NCBI GenBank assembly: GCA_017886205.1
Contig: JAFNEO010000009.1
Span: 71,747-135,746 of the forward strand
Source of the DNA: Candidatus Aminicenantes bacterium
GTDB lineage: Bacteria; Acidobacteriota; Aminicenantia; Aminicenantales; UBA8522
Direction: 5' to 3'
DNA: 64,000 nt
The notes beneath the pieces were generated by a model. The model made no database searches. It was given only the letters and a program-made list of their open reading frames with translations, and was not told the origin of the DNA. Position 1 is the first letter of the stretch. Each line of letters begins with the position of its first letter. Positions 8,391-17,777 of this stretch are shown piece after piece. Position numbers and translations under genes: made by a program.

Positions 8391-10532
8391 ATGAAGAAAA
8401 CGGTAACCGCTTTGATCCTGACCGGCCTGTTTTTCGCGATGTTTATCTCCGCGGACGAAGGGATGTATCCGATCAGCGAGATCATGAAGCTCGACCTCCG
8501 GTCCAAGGGGCTGGAGATCGACCCGGCCGAGATTTTCGCGACGGACAAGAGCCTGATCTTCGCCATCGTCAGCGTGGGCGCGACTGGCTCATTCCTTTCG
8601 GCCGATGGCTTGTTTATAACGAACCACCACGTCGCCTTCGGCGCCGTCCAGGCGGCGAGTACCAAAGAAAACGATTACCTCCGCAACGGGTTTTTGGCCC
8701 GGACAAGGGCCGAGGAGATCCAGGCCAAAGGGATGACGGCCCGCATTACAGAGTCATACAGGGATGTATCGGCAGATGTCCTGAGCGCCGTGAAGCCGGA
8801 CATGGACTATGCGGCCCGCACCAGGGCCATAGAGAGGAGGACCAAGGAGATCGTGGCGCGCACGGAAAAAGAAAACCCGGGCAAACGGGCCGAAGTGGCC
8901 GAGATGTTTACGGGAAAGACCTATATCCTGTTTATTTACACATATTTAAAAGATATCCGCCTGGTTTATGTCCCGCCCCGCTCCATCGGTGAATTCGGCG
9001 GCGAAGAAGACAACTGGATGTGGCCGCGCCACACCGGAGACTTCTCCTTCCTGAGGGCCTATGTCGCTCCGGACGGGTCGCCGGCGGACTACGCAGCCCA
9101 GAACGTCCCCTTCAAACCCAGGCGCTTTTTGCGGGTTGCAGCCCGGGGTGTCAATGAGGGCGACTTCGTTTTTCTCCTGGGCTATCCCGGTCGGACCTTC
9201 CGGCACAGCACGGCCGGCTACCTGGCTTTCGAGGAAGAAGTCCGGATGCCCTATGTCGCCGACTGGTATGCCTGGCAGATCGACCTCATGGAAAAAATGG
9301 GCGCAGAGGACCGCGGAGTCGCGCTCCTCCATGCCGCGCGCATCAAGGGGCTGGCCAACACGATGAAGAATTTCCGCGGCAAGCTCAAGGGGATGAAAAG
9401 GCTCGGGCTGGTCGAGCGCCGGCGAGAAGAAGAGAAAGCGCTCCAGAGCTTCATCGCAGCGGATGAGAAACGGCGGTCCCAGAACGGGACGATCCTGAAT
9501 GATATCACCGGGGTTTATGAGGAGATGCGGGCGGCCTTCGATTATGAGACGGTCCTGGACTATCTGCGCGGGTCGGTGAACCTGGTCGGGTCCGCCTTTA
9601 CGGTTTACGAGGCGGCGCTCGAGCGGCAGAAGGCGGACCTCGAGCGCGAGCCGGCATACATGGACCGGAACTTTCCCCAAACGAAACAGAGGCTTCTGCT
9701 CTCCCTCCGCAACTACTATGAGCCCACGGACAAGGCCATTTTCAAGGAGCTGCTTCTCCGGGCCTCCAGGCTCAAGGGGCCGAACCGAATCAAGGCGGTC
9801 GACGAGCTGTTTCAGGAAGACTTCGGTGAGCCGGTCATCGATGCCTATTTAAACAAATCCTATGGAGCCTCGAGGATGAATGACGCCAAGTTCGTTGAGG
9901 AACTGCTCGCTAAAACTCCGGAGCAGATGGCCGCGGTCCAGGACCCCTTCCTCGACCTGGCCAGGGCTCTTTACCCTGCGGTCCTGGAGGGGCGCGAAAA
10001 ACAGAAGGCCCGCCGGGGCGCGCTCGACCCGCTCTACGCCCGCCTGAGCGACGTCAAGGAGGCCTACTTGGGAAAGAGCTTCATCCCGGATGCTAACAAC
10101 ACGCTGCGGCTGACCTACGGGCGGATCAAAGGGTATGAGCCAGCGGATGCGGTTTATTACGAGCCTTTCACGACACTCCGGGGCGTCCTGGAAAAGACGA
10201 CGGGCCGGGAGCCCTTCGATACGCCGGCCACCCTGTTTGACCTCTCTAAGGCCCGCGACTTCGGCGCCTTCGAGCACCCTCAGCTCCACGACGTGCCCGT
10301 CTGCATTCTTTACGATACTGATACGACCGGCGGTAACTCGGGAAGCCCGGTGATCAACGCCCGGGGTGAGTTGGTGGGGGTCAATTTCGACCGGACTTAC
10401 GAGGCGACTATCAATGACTACGCCTGGAGCGAGGAATACAGCCGGTCGATCGCCGTGGACATCCGGTATGTCCTGTGGGTCACGCAGAAGTTCGCCGGAG
10501 CGGAATTCCTCCTTAGGGAGATGGGGCTTTAG
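8391..10532 (+). CDS. S46 family dipeptidyl peptidase, secreted (DPP7/DPP11-like)
   Basis: Signal peptide followed by ADEGMY; TNHH, NWMWPRHTGDF, TGGNSGSPV and NFDR motifs. Confidence 0.93.
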   Translation: MKKTVTALILTGLFFAMFISADEGMYPISEIMKLDLRSKGLEIDPAEIFATDKSLIFAIVSVGATGSFLSADGLFITNHHVAFGAVQAASTKENDYLRNGFLARTRAEEIQAKGMTARITESYRDVSADVLSAVKPDMDYAARTRAIERRTKEIVARTEKENPGKRAEVAEMFTGKTYILFIYTYLKDIRLVYVPPRSIGEFGGEEDNWMWPRHTGDFSFLRAYVAPDGSPADYAAQNVPFKPRRFLRVAARGVNEGDFVFLLGYPGRTFRHSTAGYLAFEEEVRMPYVADWYAWQIDLMEKMGAEDRGVALLHAARIKGLANTMKNFRGKLKGMKRLGLVERRREEEKALQSFIAADEKRRSQNGTILNDITGVYEEMRAAFDYETVLDYLRGSVNLVGSAFTVYEAALERQKADLEREPAYMDRNFPQTKQRLLLSLRNYYEPTDKAIFKELLLRASRLKGPNRIKAVDELFQEDFGEPVIDAYLNKSYGASRMNDAKFVEELLAKTPEQMAAVQDPFLDLARALYPAVLEGREKQKARRGALDPLYARLSDVKEAYLGKSFIPDANNTLRLTYGRIKGYEPADAVYYEPFTTLRGVLEKTTGREPFDTPATLFDLSKARDFGAFEHPQLHDVPVCILYDTDTTGGNSGSPVINARGELVGVNFDRTYEATINDYAWSEEYSRSIAVDIRYVLWVTQKFAGAEFLLREMGL

Positions 10533-10615
10533 TGAGCCTCAGACGTCCTCGTTTATACGAATTGAACTCAGCGAACGATGAAAGGAAAGAACCGCTTGAC
10601 TCGACTCGACGGTGA

Positions 10616-11992
10616 TCATTTGATGATGTGGAACTTCGTCTGGCGGCCGTCGAGAAAGAAGACTCCCTTTTCCGTAAAGGCCACGGCCTGTTCCAGAGGC
10701 AGACGGAATTCCTTGCCTTCGCCCCATTCCGGAACGGGCGCCGTCACGCTCATCTCGGCCGTGAAGCAGCTGTTCGGGACAAGCTTAACGTCGCCCCGCC
10801 CCGGGTTGTTCACCTGTTCCCACGGCAGTCCGATGAGCGGTCCCGGCTCGTGAAGAAAATAGCCGAGCGAATGCGAGTACACCCGGGGCCCGGGGATTCC
10901 CGACTCTTTAGCCTTCCTCAGGATGTTACCCAGCAGTTCGTTTCCGGTGAGGCCGGCCTTGAACGCGCCGCAGAAGATGTCCTGGAGCCAGTTCTCCTCG
11001 GCCATGATCTTGCGAAAAATCTCGGGAACATCGGTTTCGCCGGCCCTGAGCACGTAGGCCATTTCCTGGGCATCGGAATTGCACCGCATGTACTTGAGAC
11101 CGACATCGCAATGGACGAGGTCGCCCGGCCGGATGACCTTGTCGTCTTTGCCGTACTTCTCGATATCCTTGGGATGGCGGCCGCGGATGCTGACAAACGG
11201 GCTGAAGGAAACCTTGAGCCCCAAGTCGGCGACGCGCTGCCAGTAATACCAGCGGAGGTCGTCGGTTGTGGTATGGCCTGGCGTTGTGACCTTGTTGGAA
11301 AACATATCGGCGATGATCGAATGGGAGACGACCTGGGCCCGCTCCATGAGCTCGATCTCCTCGTCCAGCAGGGTCTCCGACCATAGCGTGGCCAAGGGCT
11401 CGGCCGATTGGAGGCGCGCCGCCATTTTCGGTCCGATCGCCTCGACGAGCCTTTTCTTGAGGACGGCGGTCAGGCCGCCAGCCGCCCACTGAACTTCGCC
11501 CTCATTGATGCCGATCCTTTTCGGGTCGCGCTCCCGGACGATCCGCCCCAGGCAGTCCCACTGGCTTTCTTTCTTCTGCGCATCCCAAGCCGAGGCGTCC
11601 CAGACGTTCTTGAAGAGCCCTTGTGTGTCCGTGCGGGAGACGTTGAGCCGCTCGACACCTTTTTCAGCGCCCTGGTCAAAAAGGACGAGAATCTGAGTGA
11701 TCGGATTCCAATTTTCATACGGCATCATGGTCTCAAAGATGGGGTCGGGATTGTCCTCGTTACAGCTGATAATCCACATGTCGAACCCGGTCTCCCGCAT
11801 CATCTTGGGCAGGAGCCCATCGAGCCGCTTCTGGGTGATCTGGAGGGTGAGCGCCGCCCTCTCCCGGATGCTCAGGACGGCGGGAACATCCTGATCGGAG
11901 AGGGGGGCAGATAAGACGGTCGGTGCAACGGTCAAGGCGGTAAGTCCAATAAGGATAGATATGAAGATTGAGAGAGGAAGCCTTTTGGGCAT
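10616..11992 (-). CDS. M24 family (Xaa-Pro) aminopeptidase, secreted
   Basis: Signal peptide; metal-ligand motifs HCDVG, SDAQE, HSLG, AEM and LEQ. Confidence 0.85.
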   Translation of the reverse strand: MPKRLPLSIFISILIGLTALTVAPTVLSAPLSDQDVPAVLSIRERAALTLQITQKRLDGLLPKMMRETGFDMWIISCNEDNPDPIFETMMPYENWNPITQILVLFDQGAEKGVERLNVSRTDTQGLFKNVWDASAWDAQKKESQWDCLGRIVRERDPKRIGINEGEVQWAAGGLTAVLKKRLVEAIGPKMAARLQSAEPLATLWSETLLDEEIELMERAQVVSHSIIADMFSNKVTTPGHTTTDDLRWYYWQRVADLGLKVSFSPFVSIRGRHPKDIEKYGKDDKVIRPGDLVHCDVGLKYMRCNSDAQEMAYVLRAGETDVPEIFRKIMAEENWLQDIFCGAFKAGLTGNELLGNILRKAKESGIPGPRVYSHSLGYFLHEPGPLIGLPWEQVNNPGRGDVKLVPNSCFTAEMSVTAPVPEWGEGKEFRLPLEQAVAFTEKGVFFLDGRQTKFHIIK

Positions 11993-12066
11993 TTGAACTC
12001 CTTTTCGCCAGAATTATCTTCGGATTTGTCCGAAAAGGCAACCGTCGCACTCACCGCCGACCTTAT

Positions 12067-12159
12067 CGGAGACACTTACTTGTTTCGAGGCCCCACTTGA
12101 TTCCCCAAGGGGGGAAGGGGGGTTTAATATCTAAAAGCGAAGTCTTAGAAGTGTCTCCG
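12067..12159. repeat. REP/MITE-like element bounded by an 11-bp perfect inverted repeat
   Basis: CGGAGACACTT (12067-12077) and AAGTGTCTCCG (12149-12159). Confidence 0.5.
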
Positions 12160-12227
12160 GAGGTTTGAACACCTCCAGAGACGCTCTCAGCTTGCGGGCC
12201 TAGGCTGGTGAGGGATAAACTCAAGAT

Positions 12228-12623
12228 ATGAGAAAGAAGGCAAAAATGATAACGATGATCCTCTTGGCTATCCTTATGCTCCTTGTTTTTGTTGCGGGCA
12301 TTGCCTACTTGAACTTCAACGGTCGAATAAACCGGGAAGTCAGAGGTCTGCTTTCAGGGGCAAAATCCGGTGCCGGAACCGTCGTTATCGGGGAAATGAT
12401 TCGGACTCTGCCTGAACCGGTTCAGAGGTATTTAGCTTATTCAGGGGTCTTGGGAAAACAGATGCCTCGCACCATCCGCTTGAAACAAATCGGCAAAATC
12501 AGACAGGATGAAAAATCAGCCTGGATGAAACTCGAGGCGGTGGAATACTACTCAACGACTCCCCCGGCATTTATTTGGAAAGCCTTTTTGCCCACCAGGA
12601 GATTTCCCCTGACCCTGGGCCGG
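12228..12623 (+). pseudogene. Truncated DUF6544-like membrane-anchored protein
   Basis: TM helix, LPEPVQRYL, then EYYSTTPPAFIW. Resemblance ends at LTLGR; the rest of the 217-aa ORF looks unrelated. Confidence 0.6.
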
Positions 12624-12734
12624 AGTCAGCCGTCCGAGCAGGAGCTCGGTCGGAAACCCGATTATCCAGCGGAACGGAAGGACGAACGCAATGACCCGCA
12701 CCGGATGGGGAAGGAGTTCGAGAGGGGCGATCTG
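12613..12734 (-). pseudogene. Fragment of an ABC-2 (DUF990-type) permease
   Basis: Minus strand reads QIAPLELLPHPVRVIAFVLPFRWIIGFPTELLLGRLTP, resembling the C-terminal motif of these permeases. Confidence 0.5.
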
Positions 12735-12898
12735 TCGGGTCGAGCCTCGACTTCTATTCTCGAAGAGCGCTTCATCCCCGCTGAAGTCAAGTGGTTTTTG
12801 GCCTGGGGATGCATTCCCGCCGGGATGGAATTTTCCTTTTTTCGGGCAAAGCGGCATAATAGAAGGCCGGTAGTGTCGTAATATTTTGAGGAACAACC

Positions 12899-14884
12899 AT
12901 GAATCGTAAAAAATTCGCTCTGTTGACGTTGCTTCTGTCGGTTTTGATCTTCACCTTGGCCGCCCAACAGCTGGCGGTTTCCCAGCAGGCTGAAGACCTC
13001 AAGCCGGTCCTGGCCGAGATCGAACGCGCCGGCGGTTTGAAGGAACACCCCGACGCCAATGCCCTCGTCGTCTTCGAGGAAACTCGGACCGTCTTCGATG
13101 AGAGCGGCGAGTTCACCTCGACCGAGCACGCCCTCGTCAAGATCCTGACCGATAAGGGCAAGCAGACGTTCGCGACGAGGAAGCTGCCCTATCACCGCCG
13201 ATATTCGACCGTCAAGGTGATCCTGGCCCGGGTCATCAAGAAAGACGGCCGCGCGCTACCCGTCACCGCCGAGTTCATGAAGGACGGGACGATGGAAGAG
13301 ACCCAGGCCATGAACATCTTCGAAGAGAATTTTCGCCGGCTCAGCGTTACGTTTCCCGGCGTCGAGGTCGGAGATTCGATCGAGATGACCGTCGAGACGC
13401 ACTCCAAGCCGCTCATCCAAGGCCACTACAACGACCTCACCCTGTTTCAGAGCATCGAGCCCGTGCTGAGGAAGGACGTGTCGATCGATGGCCCGGCCTC
13501 CAAGCCGCTCCGGAATGTCGTGAAGAACGGGAAGCTCGAGTTTTCCGAGCAGAAGAAGGGCGGCCGGGTTGTCTATCGCTGGAGGGCGGTGAACCTGCCC
13601 AAGATCGAGCAGGAGCTGGCCATGGCCTCGCTCGCCGACGTGGCCACCCGAGTCGTCACCGGCACTTTTAGGGACTGGAAAGAGCTCTCCAAGTATGGAG
13701 ACAGCCTGAATGCCGGCAAGGTCGATTCGAACGAGGCGATGAAGGCGAAGGTCGCCGAACTGACCAAGGATTGTGCCGCCCAAGAGGACAAGATTCTGGC
13801 CATTTTCCGGTACGTCTCCCAGAAGATCCGGTACATGGGCTCGTCCATGGACCTGGGCGCTTTTATCGAACCTCACCAGGCCACTTATACCTTCGAGAAG
13901 CAGTACGGGGTCTGCCGTGACAAGTCCATCCTGATGATGGCCATGCTCAAGGAAATCGGCGTGAGGGCGTATGACGCCTTGATCAACGTGTCGCGGTCGA
14001 CCGACCCGGAGATACCGATCATTTTCTTCGAGCACGCCATCTGCGGCGTGGTCATGGACGACGGACATATCGTCTACATGGACCCGACGCTCGAGCTCAG
14101 TTCCTCCTTCGGCGAGACCTATGTCGGCGGCCGGTACGTTCTTCTCTTGGACGAACAGGGAAAAGACCTGATCAAGGTCCCGCCCATTCCCGCCGAGGAG
14201 GGCCTCGGCACGATCCGGGGCGAAACCCAGGTCCTGCCCGACGGAAGTATTCAGGGGAAGGTCAAAATCTCGGGCAAGGGCTTTTATGATTTCGTCCTGC
14301 GCTCGGTGGCCAAGCAGGTCCCGGCTTTTCAGTTTCCGATGGTCTTTCAGCAGCTCGGCCAGAATCTCGCGACCACGATCAAGATCGAGAACGTGAAACC
14401 TGGAGAGTTCGCAGACCTGGCCAAACCGTATGAAATCAATTTTGAGTACAAGGCCAAGGACTATGTCGTCGACATCGGAAAGCTCGTGATGTTCAAGATC
14501 CCGTTCTCTACCCAGGCTTTTGATATCATCTCGGTCGGCATTTTCCAGGTGCTGGCCGACCGGGAAGAAAGGAAGTATCCAATCTTCCTGTTCGCCCCCC
14601 GCGGCTGCCGCGAGGAAGAGACGATCATCATCCCCCCGGGTTACAGAGTGAAGGCCGTGCCCGACCCGGTGTCGATCAGGGAGGGGCCCGTGTCGCTGAC
14701 GCTGACCACGGCATTGAAGGGGAACGAGGTCGCCTTCACGAGCGATTTTCGGATCGAGGCCTCGAGCCTCGACCCCCAGGGATACCAGGGTTTAAGGAAG
14801 GTGGTCAGGGGGCTGAGGCGTTTCCAGAAGAGCATGGTTATCCTGGAAAAGGTTGAAGCAGGCGTTCCGGGAGGTGGCCGATGA
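12899..14884 (+). CDS. Secreted DUF3857/transglutaminase-like protein, catalytic triad intact
   Basis: Signal peptide, FPGVEVGD; triad motifs GVCRDK, FEHAI and YMDPT. Confidence 0.85.
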   Translation: MNRKKFALLTLLLSVLIFTLAAQQLAVSQQAEDLKPVLAEIERAGGLKEHPDANALVVFEETRTVFDESGEFTSTEHALVKILTDKGKQTFATRKLPYHRRYSTVKVILARVIKKDGRALPVTAEFMKDGTMEETQAMNIFEENFRRLSVTFPGVEVGDSIEMTVETHSKPLIQGHYNDLTLFQSIEPVLRKDVSIDGPASKPLRNVVKNGKLEFSEQKKGGRVVYRWRAVNLPKIEQELAMASLADVATRVVTGTFRDWKELSKYGDSLNAGKVDSNEAMKAKVAELTKDCAAQEDKILAIFRYVSQKIRYMGSSMDLGAFIEPHQATYTFEKQYGVCRDKSILMMAMLKEIGVRAYDALINVSRSTDPEIPIIFFEHAICGVVMDDGHIVYMDPTLELSSSFGETYVGGRYVLLLDEQGKDLIKVPPIPAEEGLGTIRGETQVLPDGSIQGKVKISGKGFYDFVLRSVAKQVPAFQFPMVFQQLGQNLATTIKIENVKPGEFADLAKPYEINFEYKAKDYVVDIGKLVMFKIPFSTQAFDIISVGIFQVLADREERKYPIFLFAPRGCREEETIIIPPGYRVKAVPDPVSIREGPVSLTLTTALKGNEVAFTSDFRIEASSLDPQGYQGLRKVVRGLRRFQKSMVILEKVEAGVPGGGR

Positions 14885-16788
14885 AGAAGATCGCAGTCGG
14901 TCTGTTTCTCGTCGTCCTTCTTCTCGCCTCGGCGGGGGCGCAGGAGAAGGTCGAGGATCTCGCCAAAAGCGCGCCGTCGCGCGCCAAGTACCCGGATTCG
15001 AGCGCGGTCGTTGTCCGGGCGGGTGAAGTGTTCACTCTAACGAAGACCGGTGGCTCGACGCACGAGTATTTCCGGGCCCTCGAGGTCTTCAACCTGACCG
15101 GCCGGGAAAAATTCAGCGACTTCCGTATACCCTTCGACAAAAACGACGAAAAAGTCGAGGTCATCCTGGCCAAGACGATCAAGGGTGACGGCACGGTCGT
15201 CGACGTCGAGCCCAAGGCCATCAATGACGTGACCCCGCCGGAGCTCGCCGAAGCCGACCTTTATGCGAATATCATCCACAGGGTGCTCTCGTTTTCCTCG
15301 GTCGATCCTGGATCGATGCTCGCCGTCCATTTCAAGAAAAATAACGAGAAGGCCGACCAGGTTGAGGGCGTGGTGCTCTTTCAACTCGATGAGCCGATTG
15401 TCCGGAAAGACCTGAAAATCGTCATTCCCGAAAACCGGGCCCTCCGGTACAAGATCAGGGGGTTGACGGCCGAGCTCAAGGAGGAGGCCGAGGGAGATCA
15501 GAAGACCTATCATCTCCAGGCTGCCGACTCGCCACAGATCAAGCCCGAGGAATACATGCCGCCCCTTCAGGAGGTGGCCTCCCGGATCGTCTTCAGCACC
15601 TTTCCGGACTGGAAAGTTGCCTCGGGCGCCTTCGCGGGCTCTTTCTACGCAGCGGCCAATCCCGGCCCGGACATCGAGGAGTTTGTCCAGAACCTGACGA
15701 ACGGCGCGAAGACCGAGCTCGATAAGATCAAGGCCGTATCGTTCTTCGTCGCCAAAGACATCCGGAGTGTCCGGTTTGCCTTCGGCGAGGGAGGTTATGA
15801 CGTTCATGCCGCCGGCGCGGTCCTGAAAAACCGTTACGGCGATTGGAAGGACAAGGGAGCGCTGCTCGTCGCCATGCTCAGGGCAGCGGGCGTGACGGCT
15901 CATCCGGTCCTCGTCAACGCGCGGGCCGTGCCTCCCGAGGAGGATGTGCCGACTCTCAAGCAGTTCGACGCGCTCCTCGTTGGGGTGCTGCAAGCCGGAG
16001 ACGGCGGATATCTTTTTCTCGACCCGTTCGCCGACGATTCGCTCTTCGGGTATTTCCAGGAAGGGAGAGGCTCGAGGGGGTTGCTTGTGAGGCCCGACGG
16101 CGCGGAATTCGTGGACGTGCTCTGTCTTCCCGAGGCCGAGAGCGTCGAGAGGTGCGAGATCTCGGCCGAGCTCGACGGGGCTGGCGCCATCAAGGGAAAA
16201 ATCTCGGCCGACCTTTCCGGGCTCTTCGACCTCCGGGCGCGGCAAGCCCTTAAGGATATGACCTCGATAGAGCGAGCCGTTTTCTTCGCCGAGTCGATCA
16301 ACCGGCTCTGCGAGGACGGTAAAGCATCGAAGAACGACCTGAGTGACGCCAGAAACCTGGCGGAGCCCGTCAGGATTTCGCAGGAATTCAGCGGCCGGAA
16401 CTATGGCCTCTTCCAGGGGGCGATCATGCTGGTTCCGATCCCCGCGGTTCCATATGGATTCGCAGATCTCCCCTCGGCTCCCAGCCTGGCCAAGAGACGG
16501 TACCCGTTCCGGATGACCGGCGAGAATGAAATCTATTCGACGGTCTCCTTCAAGATTCCCGCCGGGTTCAAGCCCCTCTATCTGCCGGAGGGTTTCAGCC
16601 ATCAGAAAGATTACGGCGAGTTCTCGTTTGCGGCGTCCTATGACCCGGCGAAGTCGATGGTGATCATCAAGAAAGCGATGCTGTTCAAGAAGAGGGACAT
16701 TTCCTTGGATCAGTATGACGAATTCAAAAAGATCATCGATTCCTTCGGCACCACCAAGAACACCCTGATCCTGCTGGAGAAAGAATAG
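14881..16788 (+). CDS. Secreted DUF3857/transglutaminase-like protein, triad degenerate
   Basis: Same architecture as the upstream gene, but GDWKDK (Cys to Trp) and QFDALL (His lost); FLDP retained. ATGA overlap. Confidence 0.82.
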   Translation: MKKIAVGLFLVVLLLASAGAQEKVEDLAKSAPSRAKYPDSSAVVVRAGEVFTLTKTGGSTHEYFRALEVFNLTGREKFSDFRIPFDKNDEKVEVILAKTIKGDGTVVDVEPKAINDVTPPELAEADLYANIIHRVLSFSSVDPGSMLAVHFKKNNEKADQVEGVVLFQLDEPIVRKDLKIVIPENRALRYKIRGLTAELKEEAEGDQKTYHLQAADSPQIKPEEYMPPLQEVASRIVFSTFPDWKVASGAFAGSFYAAANPGPDIEEFVQNLTNGAKTELDKIKAVSFFVAKDIRSVRFAFGEGGYDVHAAGAVLKNRYGDWKDKGALLVAMLRAAGVTAHPVLVNARAVPPEEDVPTLKQFDALLVGVLQAGDGGYLFLDPFADDSLFGYFQEGRGSRGLLVRPDGAEFVDVLCLPEAESVERCEISAELDGAGAIKGKISADLSGLFDLRARQALKDMTSIERAVFFAESINRLCEDGKASKNDLSDARNLAEPVRISQEFSGRNYGLFQGAIMLVPIPAVPYGFADLPSAPSLAKRRYPFRMTGENEIYSTVSFKIPAGFKPLYLPEGFSHQKDYGEFSFAASYDPAKSMVIIKKAMLFKKRDISLDQYDEFKKIIDSFGTTKNTLILLEKE

Positions 16789-17056
16789 AGTTCCTGAAAA
16801 CGAAAGCCTCGAGCTCTTAGACCAACGCCTCGATTACCGCTTCCTAACCATGCCCTCGACGGAGAAAAGGTGGCGAAGCTATTTCTACAGCTTTGCCTAT
16901 GCCTCGGCCTTGGAAAAAGGGGAGAGGCACCCGCTGACTGACCCACCGCTCAGGGCAATTTCTTCCTCTTTTGGCTGGAGCCGTACCTGATATCTAAAAA
17001 CCACATGGCACAATAGTCATCATTTGTCATGATATTTGACGACAATGGTGACACAT

Positions 17057-17308
17057 TCAAGAATAAACGTCTTTTCGGTGTTTGATCCGGTAAATATATA
17101 TTCGCTTTAAAGCATCGTCGATCCGATAGAGAATGCGATAGTCCCCGGTTCGGATGCGATATCCGTCATCATCCGTCAACTTAAGACAGCCGGGCGGACG
17201 TGCGTCCTTTGACAGGGCGCGGATTTTCTTGAGGATACGAGCAAAGACCGGCGCCTCCAGCTTATCGAGGTCTTTTTGCGCCGCAGGGAGGACGAGGAGT
17301 TCATACAC
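17057..17308 (-). CDS. RelE/ParE-superfamily toxin
   Basis: 83 aa; AQKDLDKL, PPGCLKL, YRIRTGDYRILY and IKHRKDVY. Confidence 0.92.
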   Translation of the reverse strand: MYELLVLPAAQKDLDKLEAPVFARILKKIRALSKDARPPGCLKLTDDDGYRIRTGDYRILYRIDDALKRIYIYRIKHRKDVYS

Positions 17309-17534
17309 GGCGCTTCTTGAGGTACTCGTCGAGAGAAATAGCTTGTTGTTCCAACTCGCGCAGGTTCTTCAAATCCACGAGGTCTTCTTTGAGCTCCTCC
17401 CGGGCGAGCTGTTCGAGGATGGCTTTTTCGACGAAAAATCCATACTTCAGCCCTCTCTCCCGGCAGAAATGCTTGACCCGCTCGGCGACGGCATAATTCA
17501 CTTTCACGGCCAGAGTGGTTTTTCCCTCTTTCAT
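17301..17534 (-). CDS. Putative antitoxin (RHH-like N-terminus, acidic C-terminus)
   Basis: 77 aa, upstream of and overlapping the toxin by 8 nt; ends in ISLDEYLKKR. Confidence 0.75.
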   Translation of the reverse strand: MKEGKTTLAVKVNYAVAERVKHFCRERGLKYGFFVEKAILEQLAREELKEDLVDLKNLRELEQQAISLDEYLKKRRV

Positions 17535-17543
17535 GGCGCTCCC

Positions 17544-17578
17544 ATGATAGAATAAATATTTAACTTTGTCAATATTTA
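17544..17578 (-). promoter_or_regulatory. Sigma70 promoter and palindromic operator of the TA operon
   Basis: TTGACA (17572-17567), 17-nt spacer, TATCAT (17549-17544). Inverted repeat TAAATATT-N10-AATATTTA (17553-17578) overlaps the -35. Confidence 0.7.
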
Positions 17579-17777
17579 GTTTATTTTAGTTAAGCTATAT
17601 AACTTTAGTTTTAAATCGACGAAATCTCCAAGGGCGTCCGGCCTCTATTTGCCCCGGTGATTCCGGTCGATTGGATAGGGACTCTTCGTTGATCCCAGTT
17701 GAAATAGACTGGCCCCCTTTCTCCAGCGTGATCTCTATGAAGGCATAAAGAGATTCTGGAGACGGATTGAGCCGGTA

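Noticed and set aside
16789-17056. Possible small ORF or type I/III TA RNA next to relE
   Set aside because: No recognisable protein or repeat array; only a weak hairpin at 17016-17052.
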